Assembly (NCBI RefSeq): GCF_009914755.1
Contig: NC_060947.1
DNA: 64,000 bases
Strand: one strand, 5' to 3'
From: the human T2T-CHM13v2.0 reference genome, Homo sapiens
Part shown: positions 44,743 through 58,014 of the stretch, piece by piece
Position numbering within the stretch: position 1 is the stretch's first letter
Layout of the letters: every line of letters starts with the position of its first letter
The notes under the pieces: generated by a model
The model's input: the letters and a program-made list of their open reading frames with translations, nothing else
Databases searched by the model: none
What the model was told of the DNA's origin: nothing
Made by a program: the position numbers and the translations under genes

Positions 44743-47510
44743 GTTGCTTACTGTAGCCTTATATTATAGTTTGAACTTGGGTAGTGTGATGCCTCAAGCT
44801 TTTTTTTTTTTTCCTTAGGATTGATTTGGCTATTTTGACTCTCTTTTGGTTTTGTATGAATTTTAGAATAGTTTATCTAACTCTGTGTAGAATGACAATG
44901 GTAGTTTGATAGAAATAGTGTTGAATCTGCAAATTGCCTTGGAACATGTGACCATTTTAATGATACTTATTCTTTTAACTCCTGAGCATAGAATGTTTCT
45001 TCCTTTATTTGTGTTGCCTCTGATTTCTTTCAGGAGTGTTTTGAGTTCTCTTTGTAGAGATCTTTCATCTCTTTGGTTAGCTGTATTTCTAGGTATTTCA
45101 TTTTCTTTGGGGTTAATGTAAATTGGATTGTGTGTTTGATTAGACTCTCAGCCTGGATGTTATTGGTGTATAGAAATGCTACTAATTTTTGTACATTGTT
45201 TAGTATCCTGAAACCTTTCTTAAATCATTTTATCAGTTCTACTAGACTTTTGACGAAGTTCTTAGGGTTTTCTAAGTATAGAATCATATTGTCAGTGAAG
45301 AGAGATATTTTGATTTCTTCTTTTTCTATTCAGCTGCCTTTTATTTCTTTCTCTTGCCTGATTGCTCTGGCTAGGACTTCCAGTAATATTTTGAATAAGA
45401 GTGGTGAGAGTGGGCATCCTTGACCTGTTTCTGTTCTCAAGGGAAATGGTTCCAGTTTTATCAATTTAGTATGATGTTTGCTGTGGGGCTGTCATCGAAG
45501 GCTGTTATTATTTTGAGCTATGTTCTTTCAATGCCTAGTATGTTGAGGGTTTTTTTTTAAATCATAAAAGGATGTTGGATTTCATTGAAAGCTTTTTCTT
45601 CATGTATTAGGATGATGATATCATTTTGCTTTTAATTCTGTCTATGTGGTGAATCACAATTGTTATTTTGTGTATGTTGAACAAGTCTTGCATCTTTGGA
45701 ATAAAGCATACTTGATCATGATGAATTAACTTTTTGATGTTCTTGTGAATTCAGCTTACCGGTATTTTGTTGGAAATTTTTGCATCTATGTTAATCAGAG
45801 GTAGTGGCTTGAAGTTTTCTTTCTTAATCTTGTCTCTGCCAGATTTTGATGGTAGGATTATGCTGGCTTCATAGAGTGAGTTAAGGAAGAGTCCCTCCTC
45901 CTCAATTTTTTAGAATAGTTTTAGTAGGATTGTACCAGTTCTTTTTTATACCTCTGGCAGAATTCAGCTATGAATCCACCTAGTCCAGGGCTTTTTTTGT
46001 TTGTTATTTTTTTTTATTACTGATTCAATTCAGAGCTCAAAATTGGTATATTCAGGGTTTCAATCTCTTTTGATTCAATGTTGAGAGATTGTGTGATTCC
46101 AATAATTTCTCTGTTTTGTTTGGATTTTCTAATTTCTGTGCATAGGGTTGTCCATAGTATTCTCTGAGGATTTTTGTATTATTGTAGGGTCAGTTGTAAT
46201 GTCATCTGTGTCATCTCTGATTATACATATTTGGATCTTTTTTTTTTCCTTATCAGTCTTGCTAGTGGTATGTCAATCTTGTTTATTTGAAAAAGTAAGT
46301 CTTGCTTTCATTGATTCTTTTTGTGAATTTTTGCATTTCAATTTTATTAAGTTCTTATCTAATTTGAGTTATTTCTTTTCTTCTGCTAGCCTTGAGGTTG
46401 CTTTGTTCTTTCTCTTCTAGTTCCTTTAGGTGCAACATTAGGTTGTTAATTTCAGATCCTTCTAACTACTTGATGAAGGCATTTAGGGGTATAAACTTTC
46501 CTCTTAACACTTAACACACTTAATTTTCATTTAGCTGCATCCTAGAGATTTTTGTCAATTGTTTCCCTATTTTTATTAATTTCAAAGAATTCTTTGACTC
46601 TGTCTTAATTTTTATGCTTGCCCACGAGTTATTCAGGACCAGGTTGTTTAATTTCCATGTATTTCTATAATTTTGAGAGATCTTCTTGATATTGATTTTC
46701 ATGTTTATTGCACTATCGTTCACGAGTGTGCTTGTTATAATTTCAACTTTGTTTGAGTTTATTGAGACTTGCTTTATGACCAAGCATGTGGCCAATCTTA
46801 GAGTGTGTTCTATGTGCAGAAGAGAAAAATGTATACTTTGTGGTTGTTTGGTAGAGTGTTCTATAATTGTCTATAGGTCCAATTTGTCAAGTGTTGAGCT
46901 TAAGTCCAAAGTAACTTTGTTAGTTTTCTGCCTCAATTATCTGTCTAATGCTGTCAGTATGGTGTTGAAGTCTCCCACTATTGTTGTGTTGTTAAGTCTT
47001 TTCATATGCTAAGAAGAACTTGTTTTTTGAATCTGGATGCTTCAATGTAGGGTGTACATATTTAGGATTGTTAAGTGTTGTTGTTGGATTGTACACCCTA
47101 TCATTATGTGATGGCTTTTATTGTCCTTCTTGATTGTTGTTGGCTTAAAGTCTGTTTTATCTGACATAAGAATAGTAACTCCTACATTTTTTTGTTTTCC
47201 ATTTGCACAGTAGATCTTTCTCCATTCTTTACTTTGAGACTGTGGGTGTCATTACATGTGAGATGGGTCAGTTGAAGACAGAAAATTGTTGAGTGTTGCC
47301 TTTGATCCAGCTTGCCACTTTGTGTCTTTTGAATGGTGTGTTTAGCCCACTTACATTTAAGGTTATTATTGATATGTGTGATTTTGATTTTGTCATTATG
47401 TTGTTAGCTAGTTATTATGTAGACCTAATTGCATAGTTGCTTCACAGTGCCTGTGTGCTACAAGTGTGTTTTTTGGTAGCAGATATCATTCTTTCAATTC
47501 CATGTTTAGC
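44743..47510 (-). mobile_element. L1 (L1PB-like) ORF2 fragment lacking both ends
   Basis: Minus-strand ORF2 remnants such as WKLNNLVLNNSW; runs from the ORF1/ORF2 spacer to past the RT domain. Confidence 0.8.
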
Positions 47511-50500
47511 AATGAGTATGTTGTTAATAAATTGTGGCAGGAAATAATACAGGCATACCTGAAAGACATTCTGAGTTCACATACAGACTACTGCGATAAG
47601 GTTAATATTGCAAAACAAATTAGTCATGCAATTTTTTTGATTCTTTAGTACATATAAGAGATATTATGTTTACACTCTACTGTTGTTTATTAAGTGTGCT
47701 ATGGCATTATATCCAAAAAACTGCATACCTTAATTTAAAATTAATTTATTGTTAAAATGCTAATGGTAATCTAAGCCTCCAACAAGTCACAATATTTTAC
47801 TGGTGGAGGGTCTTGTTTTCATGTTGATGGCAGCTGACTGATCAGGGAGGTGGTTGCTGAAGGTTGGAGTGGCCGTGGTAGTTTCTTAAAATAAGACAAT
47901 AATGAGGTTTGCCACATTGATTCTTTCTTTTATAAAAGATTTCTCTGCAGTATGTAATGTTGTTGGATAGCATTTTACCCATTAGAACTTCTTTCAAAAC
48001 TGGAGTCAATCTTCTCAAATCCCACCACTACTTTATTAACTAAATTTATCTAATAATTAAAATCCTTTGTTTTCATGTCAATAATTTACAGTATCTTCAC
48101 CAGGAGTAGATTCCATCTCAATAAATGACTTACTTTGCTCATACATAGAAAGCAATCTCTCATCCATACAAGTTTTATCATATTGTTGCAGAAATTCAGT
48201 CACATCTTCAGGTACCTCTTCTAATCCTATCTTGCTATTTTCATCACATTTGCAGTTACTTTCTCCACTGAAGACTTGAACCCCTCAAAATTATCTAGGA
48301 GGATTGGAATCAACTTTTTCCAAGCTTAATGTTAATATTTTAATCTCCTCCCATGAATCACAAATGTTTAGTCACATCTGGAATTATGAATCCTTCCAGA
48401 TGGTTTTCAAAGTACTTTGTACAGATTGATCAAAGGAATTACAATCTGTGGCAGCTATAGCCTTATGAAATGTATTTCTTAAATAACAAGATTTACATTT
48501 AAAGTCAAAATAACTCCTTAATCCATGGGCTGCAGAATGGATATTGTGTTAGCAGACATGAAAACAACATTACTCTCCTTGTTCATCTCCATTAGAGCTC
48601 TTGGGTAACCAGGTGCATTGTCACTGAACAATAATATATTGAAATAAATTTTTTTATGAGCTGTAGGTCTTGACAGTGAGCTTAAAATATTCAGTTAAGC
48701 ATGCTGTAAACAGATGTGCTGTCATCTGGGGTTGGTTGTTCTAGGGCACAAGCAGAGTAGATTTAGCAAATTCTTAAGGTCCCTAGGACTTTTTAAAATT
48801 TCAAATGAGCATTGGCTTCAACTTAAATTCACCAGCTGCATTAGCCCCTAATAGTCAGCCTGTCATTGGAAATTTTAAAGCCAGGCATTGACCTCTCCAC
48901 TCTAGTTATGAAAGTTCCATATATTATATTCTTCTAATATAAGGCTGTTTTATCTATATTGAAAATCTTTGTAGTATAGCTACCTTCATCAGCTTTTTAA
49001 ACTAAATCTTCCAGATAACTTGCTGCAGCTTCTACATCAGCACTTCTTGCTTCACCATGTAGTTTTATATTATGAAGACCACTTTTTTCCTTAAACCTCA
49101 TGAACCAACTTTTTCTAGCTGTAAACTTTTTTCTGCAACTTTCTCATCTCTCTCAGCCTTCATAGAATTGAATACAGTTAGGGCCTTGCTCTGGATTAGG
49201 CCTTGGCTAGAGGGTATGTCATGGCTGGTTTACTATTCTATTATGACTACTAAAACTCTCTAGATATCACTAATAAGGATGTTCAACTTTCTTGTCACTT
49301 ATAAATTCACTGGAATCACACTTTTAATTTCCTTCAAAAACACTTTTTTTGCATTTACAATTTGGCTTTTGGGTGCAAGAGGCCTAGCTTTCATCCTCTC
49401 TTGGATTTCTACATGTCTCTTCACTAAACTTAATCATTTCTAGGTTTTGATTTAAAATGAGAGAAATGTGACTCTTCTGTTCACTTGAACACTTAGAGGC
49501 CATTACAGGGTTGTTAATTGGCCTGATTTCAACATTGTGTCTCACAGAATAAGGAGACCTGAGGAGAGTGAGAGTGATGGAGAAACAGCCCATTAGTGGA
49601 GCAGTCAGAATACACACAACATTATTGATTAAGTTTTCCATCATTTATGGGTGCAGTTTGTGTGCCTCCAAACAATTACAATGGTAATATCAAAGATCAT
49701 TAATCACAGATCACTAGAACACATATAATAATGATTAAAAAGTTTGAAATATTGCAAGAATTACCAAAATATAACACAGACACAAAGTGAGGACACGGTG
49801 TTGGCAAATGATACCAGATTTGCTCAATGCAGTTACCAGAAACTGTCCATTTATAAAAAAATGCAATATCTGAGAAATGCAGTAATGCAAAGTGCAATAA
49901 AACAAGGTATTCATGTACCTCAATGCAATGTTTGTCAATCCGCTACTCTACAAATTTGAGAGACCACAGTATGCTGAAATCCTAGGAGATCACCCTGGTA
50001 CCCCCATGTCCCAGGTGTATGGAGCACCACAGCTAGAGAGATCATTTGTATAAATGGGAGGAATTTTGGGTTATACACCCTGGATGAGAAAAATCTTGCT
50101 TAATTACTTACTGAATCTTTATGATAATTCCTAAAAAACCCAGAAAAATATTCTGCAATTTTGCTTACAGTGACTCCTGTATTATGAAGTGACTGCTCCT
50201 GAGTATCATCAAAACCTGTGTGAGAGGTGATAACACTCTCTATATAGTTGGATATCTGTAAAGATATTTTTGTTTTCAGTTCTTCTCTTTTTTGAATGAC
50301 ATACCTTGAAGATAGGGTATGGCAGAATTGATTATTGTTTTCTCTTTGATTTTAAACAGAGAAAATAAAAAAGCGTATAACTCCTGTTGTGTTTTCTTAC
50401 CATTTTTGTTATAAAGTTGCTACCTGTGTATTAAATAATGGACAATTGAGCGGCATGCTGTAAAGTGTTTAATTGCTTAGTTGACAAAGCTCCTTTTGAG

Positions 50501-50889
50501 TGTCAGTGATTCTATAACTTTAATATTATGCGCTTTTATACCATGCTAATGTTATATGACACAATGATCTAAGTCTTAGATTCAAAGATTCAATTCAGTT
50601 TAATAACTAACACACTCATTCATTTGTACTTCTTTTTATATGGAGCCTAAAGTAAAGAGCTCATCTTTTTCAAGTCATCCATGTTGTTCCTTAGGCTTTT
50701 TATCTTTGGTCAGATTTTTGAAGAATTGTGGCTTGTTTTATGGTTTTTGTATTTGTGTCTCATGCACATTTTAACATAATAAACACTGCATTGTATAGCT
50801 ACAGCTTCTGGAAAAGTAAATCTTTTAGAAATTGTCTTTCAGATTGTCAATAAACTTTTTCTTTAAATTTCAAAAAGGAAAAGAAAAAA
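47511..50889 (+). pseudogene. Processed pseudogene of MORF4L1 (MRG15): MRG-domain C-terminus, 3'UTR and poly(A) remnant; pieces 47511-47549 and 49916-50889 split by Tigger1
   Basis: 49916-50050 translates [45 protein letters not shown] versus MRG15 [45 protein letters not shown]. Original stop at 50221-50223, AATAAA 50849-50854, A-rich tail 50872-50889, no introns. Confidence 0.92.
47550..49915 (-). mobile_element. Tigger1 (TcMar/pogo) DNA transposon, near full length (~2.37 kb), decayed
   Basis: TIRs caggcatacct... / ...aggtattcatg, TA TSD at 47548-47549 and 49916-49917. Transposase N-terminus MASKCSSEQKSHISLILNQNLEMIKFSEE in ORF 49384..49644 (-). Confidence 0.93.
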
Positions 50890-51370
50890 CTGTCAAGAAA
50901 AGAAAATATTCAACAAAATTATCTTAAAAAAAAAAAGAAATTAAGACTTTCCCAGATAAACAAAATGTGAGAAAGTTCATCACTAGTAGGACTGCCATAC
51001 AAAAAAAAAATTAAAATGAGTTCCTGAAGCTCAAATAAAAGGACATTAAACGATAAGTTAAAACCATATTTTAAAGAAAAAAACTGATAAAAGTAACAAC
51101 ACAAGTAAATATAAAAGGCAGTACTGTACCTTTGAATTGTAACTTTTCTTCTTATTACCTACATAATTTAAAGGTATATAAAACAACTATAGACCTATAT
51201 TAATGGGCACAAAATGTTTAAATACATAATCTGTGACAATAACATAAGGAGGGGGCAGAGATTTACAGGAGCAGAGTTTTTATATGTCATTGAAGCTAGG
51301 TTGATAATAATTCAAATTCAATTGTTAGAAATTTAGGATATTAATTGTAATCTTCAAGGTAACTAAGAAC
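50890..51370 (+). mobile_element. Old L1M ORF1 end (right half of host)
   Basis: ctgtcaag...aagactttcccagataaacaaaatgtgagaaagttcatcactag continues the ORF1 broken at 37251. Confidence 0.7.
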
Positions 51371-51371
51371 A

Positions 51372-51565
51372 AAAATCACCTGGTGACTATCAAGCAAGCC
51401 CCATAGACAAATCGCCTTATCTGAGAAATGTGGAAGTATAATGAAGGGAGCAAAGATCCCTTGGTGACCATCAAAAAGGCCATCCAGAGGCAAAACTCTT
51501 TATCTGGGGAATTTAGAAGTAATTAAACTTCTCTAGTGTTTAAAGTCGGCTTCTGGTTCCAGGTC
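51372..51565 (+). mobile_element. Probable ERV1-class LTR fragment with internal direct repeat
   Basis: tggtgac[t/c]atcaa...ttatctg[a/g]g occurs twice; resembles MER4-group LTRs from memory. Confidence 0.4.
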
Positions 51566-54500
51566 TTTTTTTTTTTTCTTTAATTTTACTTTAAGTTCTG
51601 GGACACATGTGTAAAACATGCAGGTTTGTTACATAGATATACATGTGCCATGGTGGTTTCCTGCACCTATCAACACGTCATTTAGGTTTCAAGCCCCGCA
51701 TACATTAGGTATTTGTCCTAATGCTCCCTTCCCTTGACCTCACCCCCCGGGTTAGGTATTTGTCCTATTCTTTCCCTTCCCTTGACTCACCCCCTGACAG
51801 GCCCCGGTGTGTGTTTTTCCTCTCCCTGTGTCCATATGTTCTCATTGTTCAACTCCCAATTATGAGTGAGAACATGCAGTGTTTGGTTTTCTGTTCCTGT
51901 GTTAGTTTGCTGAGAATGATGGCTTCCAGCTTCATCCATGTCCCTGCAAACCAAATGAACTCAACCTTTTTGTGGCTGCATAGTATTTCATGGTGTATAT
52001 GTGCCACATTTTCTTTATCCAGTCTAGCATTGATGGGCATTAGGGTTGCTTCCAAGTCTTTGCTATTGTAAACAGTGCTGCAGTAAACATATGTGTGCAT
52101 GTGTTTTTATAGTAGAATAATTTGTAATCCTTTGGGTATATACCCAGTAATGGGATTGCTTGGTCAAATGGTATTTCTGGTACTAGATGCTTGAGGAATT
52201 GCCACACTGTCTTCCACAATGGTTGAACTAATTTACATTCCCACCAATGGTGTAAAAGCATTCCTATTTCTCCACAGCCTTGCCAGCATCTATTGTTTCC
52301 TGACTTTTTCATAATTGCCATTCTGACAGTCATGAGATGGTATCTCATTGTGGTTTTAATTTGCATTTCTCTAATGACTAGTGATGATGAGCTTTTTTTC
52401 ATATATTTGTTGGCTGCATAAATGTCTTCTTTTGAGAAGTGTCTGTTCATATTCTTTGCCTACTTTTTGATGGAGTTGTTTGTTTTATTCTTATAAATTT
52501 GTTTAAGTTCCTTATAAATTCTGAATTTAGACCTTTGTCAGATGGGTAGATTGCAAAAATTTTCTCCCATTCTGTGGGTTTCCTATTCACTCTGATGATA
52601 GTTTCTTTTGCTGTGCAGAAGCACTTTAGTTCAATTAGATCCCATTTGTCTATTTTGGCTTTTGTTGCAATTGCTTTTGGTTTTTAGTTATGAAGTCTTT
52701 GCCCATGCATGTGTCCTGAATGCTATTGCTTAGGTTTTCTTCTAGGGTTTTTATGGTTTTGGATTTGACATTTAAGTCCCTAATCCATCTTGACTTAATT
52801 TTTGTATAAGGTGTAAAAGAGGGGCCAGTTTCTGTTTTCTGTATATGGCTAGCCAGTTTTCCCAGCACCATTTATTAAATAAGGAAGCCTTTCCCCATTG
52901 CTTGTTTTTGTCAGGTTTGCCAAAGATCAGATGGTTGTAGCTATATGGTGTTATTTCTGAGGTCTCTGATCTGTTCCATTAGTCTATATATCTGTTTTGG
53001 TACCGGTACCAAACAGATACTGTTTTGGTACCGGTACCAAGCAGATACTGTTTTGGTACTGGTACCAAGCAGATACTGTTTTGGTTACTGCAGCCTTGTA
53101 GTATAGTTTGAAGTCAGGTAGCCCGATGCCTCCAGCTTTGTTCTTTTTCTTTAGGATTGTCTAGCTATACGGGCTCTTTTTGGTTTCCATGCAAAATTTA
53201 TAGTGTTTTTTTCTAATTCTGTGAAGAAAGTCAGTGCTAGCTTGATGGGAATAGCATTGAATCTATAAATGACTTTGGCAGTATGGTCATTTTCAAGATA
53301 GTGATTCTCTCTATCCATGAACATGGGATTTTTTTTCCATTTCTTTGTGTCCTCTCTTATATCCTTGAGCAGTGGTTTGTAGTTCTTGACGAGGTCCCTC
53401 ATGTCCCTTGTAAGTTGTATTCCTAGGTATTTTATTCTTTTTGTAGCAATTGTGAATGGGCGTTCACTCATGATTTGGCTCTCTGCATGTCTATTATTAG
53501 TGTATAGGAATGCTTGCTATTTTCACACACTGATTTTGCATCCTAAGACTCTTCTGAAGTTGCTTATCAGCTTAAGGAGTTGTGGGGCTGAGACGGTGGG
53601 GTATTCTAAATATGGAATCATGTCATCGGCAAACAGAGACAATTTGACTTTCTCTTTTTCTATTTGAAGGTCCTTTATTTCTTTTTCTTGCCTGATTGCC
53701 CTGGCCAGAACTTCCAACAATATGTTGAATAGGAGTGGTGAGAGAGGGCATCCTTGTCTTGTGCCAGTTTTCAAAGGAAATGCTTCCAGCTTTTCACCAT
53801 TCAATATGATATTGGCTATGGGTTTGCCATAAATGGCTCTTATTATTTTGAGATACGTTCCATCAATACATAGTATATTGAGATTTTTTTAACATGAAGG
53901 GATGCTGAATTTTATTGAAGTTCTTTTCTGTATCTATTGAGATAATCATGTGGTTTTTGTCATTGGTTCTGTTTATGTGATGGATTATGTTTATTGATTT
54001 GTATATGTTGAACCAGCCTTGCATCGCAGGGATGAAGCCGACTTGATCATGGTGAATAAGCTTTTTGATGTGCTGCTGGATTTGGTTTGCCAGTATTTTA
54101 TTGAGGATTTTTGCATTGGTGTTCATCAGGAATATTGGCCTGAAATTTTTGGTGGTGTTGTGTCTCTGCCAGATTTTGGTATCAGGATGATGCTGGCCTC
54201 ATAAAATGAATTAGGAAGGAGTCTCTTATTTTCTATTGTTTGGAAGAGTTTCAGAAGGAATGGTACCAGCTCCTCTTTGTACCTCTGGTAGAATTTGGAT
54301 GTGATTCCATCTGGTCCTGGGCTTTTTTTGTTGGTAGGCTATTAATTACTGCCTTGATTTCAGAACTCGTTATCGGTCTATTCAGGGATTCGAGTTCTTC
54401 CTGGTTTAGTCTTGGGAGGGTGTATGTGTACCGGAATTAATCCATTTTTTTCTAGATTTTCTAGTTTATTTGCATAGAGGTGTTGGTAGTATTCTCTGAT

Positions 54501-57500
54501 GATAGTTTATATTTCTGTGGGATCAAAGATGATATCCCCTTTATCATTTTTTATTGTGTTTACTTGATTCTTCTCTCCTTTATTCTTCATTAGTCTAGCT
54601 AGTGGTCCATCTATTTTGTTAGTCTTTTCAAACTACCAGCTCCTGGGTTTATTAATTTTTTGAAGGGTTTTTTGTGTCTCTATCACCTTCAGTTCTGCTC
54701 TACTCTTAGTTATTTCTTGTGTTCTGCTAGCTTTTGAATTTGTTTGCTCTTGTTTCTCTAGTTTTTTAATTGTGATGTTACAGTGTCTATTTTAGATCTT
54801 TCCAGCTTTCTGTTGTGGGCATTTAGTGCTATAAATTTTCCTCTAAATACTGCTTTAGCTGTGTCCCAGAGATTCTGGTACGTTGTCTCTTTGTTCTCAT
54901 TGGTTCCAAAGAACTTCTTGATTTCTGCTTTAATTTCGTTATTTACCCAGTACTCATTCAGGAGCAGGTTTTTCAAGTTCCATGTAGTCGTGCAGTTTTG
55001 AGTGAGTTTCTTAATCCTGAGTTCTAATTTGATTGCACTGTGGTCTGAGAGACTATTATGATTTCAGGTCTTTTGCGTTTGCTGAGGAGTGTTTTACTTC
55101 CAATTTTGTGGTCAATTTTAGAACAAGTGCTATGTCACTCTGAAAAGAATGTATATTCTGTTGATTTGGGGTGGAGAGTTTTGTAGACTTCTTTTAGGTC
55201 TGCTTGGTATAAAGCTGAGTTCAAGTCCTGAATATTCTTAATTTTCTGTCTCATTTATCTGTCTAATATTGCAGTGAGGTGTTAAAGTCTTCCACTATTA
55301 TTGTTTGGGAGTCTGATTCTCTATGTAGGTCTCTAACAACTTGTTTTATGAATCTGGGTGCTGTTGTATTGGGTGAATATATATTTAGGATAGTTAGCTC
55401 TTTTTGTGGCATTGATCTCTTTACCATTATATAATGCCCTTCTTTGTCTTTTCTGATCTTTGTTGGCTTAAAGTTTGTTTGATCCAAGTCTAGGTTTGCA
55501 ACCCCTGCTTTTTTTTCTGTTTTTTACTTTCCATTTGCTTGCTAAATATTCCTCTATCCCTTTATTTTGAGCCCATGTGTATCTTTGCACGTGAGATGGG
55601 TCTCCTGAATACATAACATACGGATGGATCTTGACTCTTCAACCAATTTGCCTGTCTGTGTCTTTGAATTGGGGCCTATAGCCCATTTACATTTAAGGTT
55701 AATACTCTTATGTGTGAATTTTATCCTGTCATTATGATGCTAGCTGGTTATTTTTCACATTAGTTGATACAGTATCTTCATGGTGTCATTGCTGTTTATA
55801 TTTTTGTGTGTTTTTGTGTGTTTTGGCTGGTACCAGTTTTTCTATCCATATTTAGTGCTTCCTTCAGGAGATCTTGTAAGGCAGGCCTGGTGTTGACAAT
55901 ATCACTCAGCATTTGCTTCTCTGGAAAGGATTTTGTTTATCCTTCACTTATGAAGCTTAGTTTGGCCAGACATGAAATTCTGGGTTTAAAATTATTTTCT
56001 TTAAGAATGTTTAATATTGGCCCCCACTCTCTTCTGGCTTGTAGAGTTTCTACTGAGAGATCCGCTGTTTGTCTGATGGGCTTCCCTTTGTAGGTAACTT
56101 GACCTTTCTCTCTTGCTGCCCTTAACATTCTTTCCTTCATTTCAACCCTGGAGAATCTGGCAATTATGTTTCTTGGGGATGCTCTTCTTGTGGAGTATCT
56201 TTATGGTGTTCTCTGTATTTCCTGAATTTGAATGTTGGCCTGTCTTGGTAGGTTGGGGAATTTCTCCTGGATAATATCCTGAAGTGTGTTTTCCAACTTG
56301 ATTCCATTCTTCCTGTGACTTTCAGGTACACCAATCAATCATAGGTTTGGCTTTTTCACACAGTCCCATATTTCTTGGAGGCTTTGTTTGCTCCTTTTCA
56401 TTCTTTTTTCTCTAATCTTGTCTTCATGACTTATTTCAGTAAGTTGATCTTCAATCTCTGATATCCTTTCTTCTGCTTGATTGATTTGGCTATTGATACT
56501 TGTATATGCTTCACGAAGTTCTCATGCTGTGTTTTTCATCTCCATCAGGTCATTTATGTTCCTCTCTAAACTGGTTATTCTAGTTAGCATTTCCTGTAAC
56601 CTTTTATTAAGGTTTTTAGTTTCCTTGCATTCGGTTAGAACACACTCCTTTAGCTCAGAGGAGTTTGTTATTACAAACTGCTGAAGCCTACTTCTGCCAA
56701 CTCGTCAATCTCATTCTCCATCCAGTTTTGTGCGTTTGCTGGAGAGGAGTTGCAATCATTTGGAGGAGATGAGGCATTCTGGTTTTTGGAATTTTCAGCC
56801 TTTTCCCACTCATTTTTTCTCATCTTCGTGGATTTATCTACCTTTGTCCTTTGAGGCTGATGACCTTTGAATGGGGTTTGTGGGGTGGCGGGGGGCGTCT
56901 TTTATGTTGATGTTGATGTTGTTGCTTTCTGTTTGTTAGTTTTTTTTCTAACAGTCAGGCCCCTCTTCTGCAGGTCTGCTGTGGTTTGCTGGAGGTCCAC
57001 TCCAGATCCTGTTCACATGGGTATTACCGGTGGAGGCTGCAGAACAATAAAGATTGCTGCCTGCTCCTTCCTCTGGAAGCTTCACCCCAGAGGGGCACTG
57101 GCCTTATGCCAGCCGGAGCTCTCCTGTATGAGGTATCTGTCAGCCCTGTTGAGAGGTTTCTCCCAGTCAGGAGGCTCAGGAGTCAGGCACTCACCTGAGG
57201 AGGCAGTCTTTCCCTTAGCAGAGCTGGTGCAGTTTGCTGGGAGAATGTCTTTTGTCAGAATCAGCTGCTCTCTTCAGAGCTGGCAAGCAGGAATGATTAA
57301 ATCCACTGAAGCTGCACCCACAGCTGCCCCTTACCCCATGTGCCATGTCCCAGGGAAATGGGGGTTTTGTCTGTAAGCTGCTGACTGGGACTGTTATCTT
57401 TCCTTCAGAGATGCCCTGCCCAGTCAAGAGAAATCTAGAGAAGTAGTCTGGCCACAGTTGCTTTGTCACACCCAGCCCAGACCTCCCAGCCTCCTTAGCA

Positions 57501-58013
57501 CTGTCAGGGGAAAACCGCCTACTAAAGCCTCAGTAATGGCGGACACCCTTCCCCACACCACGCTGGACTCTCCCAGGTTGACTTCAGACTGCTGGGTTGG
57601 CAGCGAGAATTTCAAGCCAGTGTTTCTTTGCTTACTGGGCTCTGTGGGAGTGGGACCCACCGAGTGAGATCACTTGGCTCCCTGGTTTCAGACCCCTTTC
57701 CAGGGGAGTGGACAGTTCTGTCTCACTGTGGTTCCAGGCACTTCTGGGGTACAAAAAATAAAAAATAAGCACAGTTCCTCATGGCTTCCCTTGGCTGGTG
57801 GGAGGGAGATCCTCAGCCCCTTGTACTTCCTGGGTGAAGTGACCCCCACCCTTCTTCTGCTCACCCTTCACAGGTTGGAGCCACTGCCTAACCAGCCCCA
57901 GTAAGATGAACTGGATACCTCAGTTGGAAATGCAGAAATCACCCACCTTCTGCATAGGTCTCACTGGGAACTGCAGACTGGAGCTGCTCCTATTCGGTCA
58001 TCTTGGCCCCTCC
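51566..58013 (-). mobile_element. Full-length L1PA8-like LINE-1, decayed
   Basis: T-tail at 51566; 3'UTR aggtttcaagccccgcatacattaggtatttgtcc; ORF1 and ORF2 fragments; 5' end ggaggggccaagatgaccgaatagg. Confidence 0.9.
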
Positions 58014-58014
58014 A

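Noticed and set aside
47550-49915. Domesticated TIGD-like transposase gene
   Set aside because: The transposase frame breaks after ~40 codons and no long ORF remains.
51705-51795. ~45-bp tandem duplication in L1PA8 3'UTR
   Set aside because: Simple local duplication with no evidence of function.
52992-53075. CRISPR-like palindromic direct repeats
   Set aside because: No spacers, eukaryotic L1 context, no cas genes; it is a local triplication.
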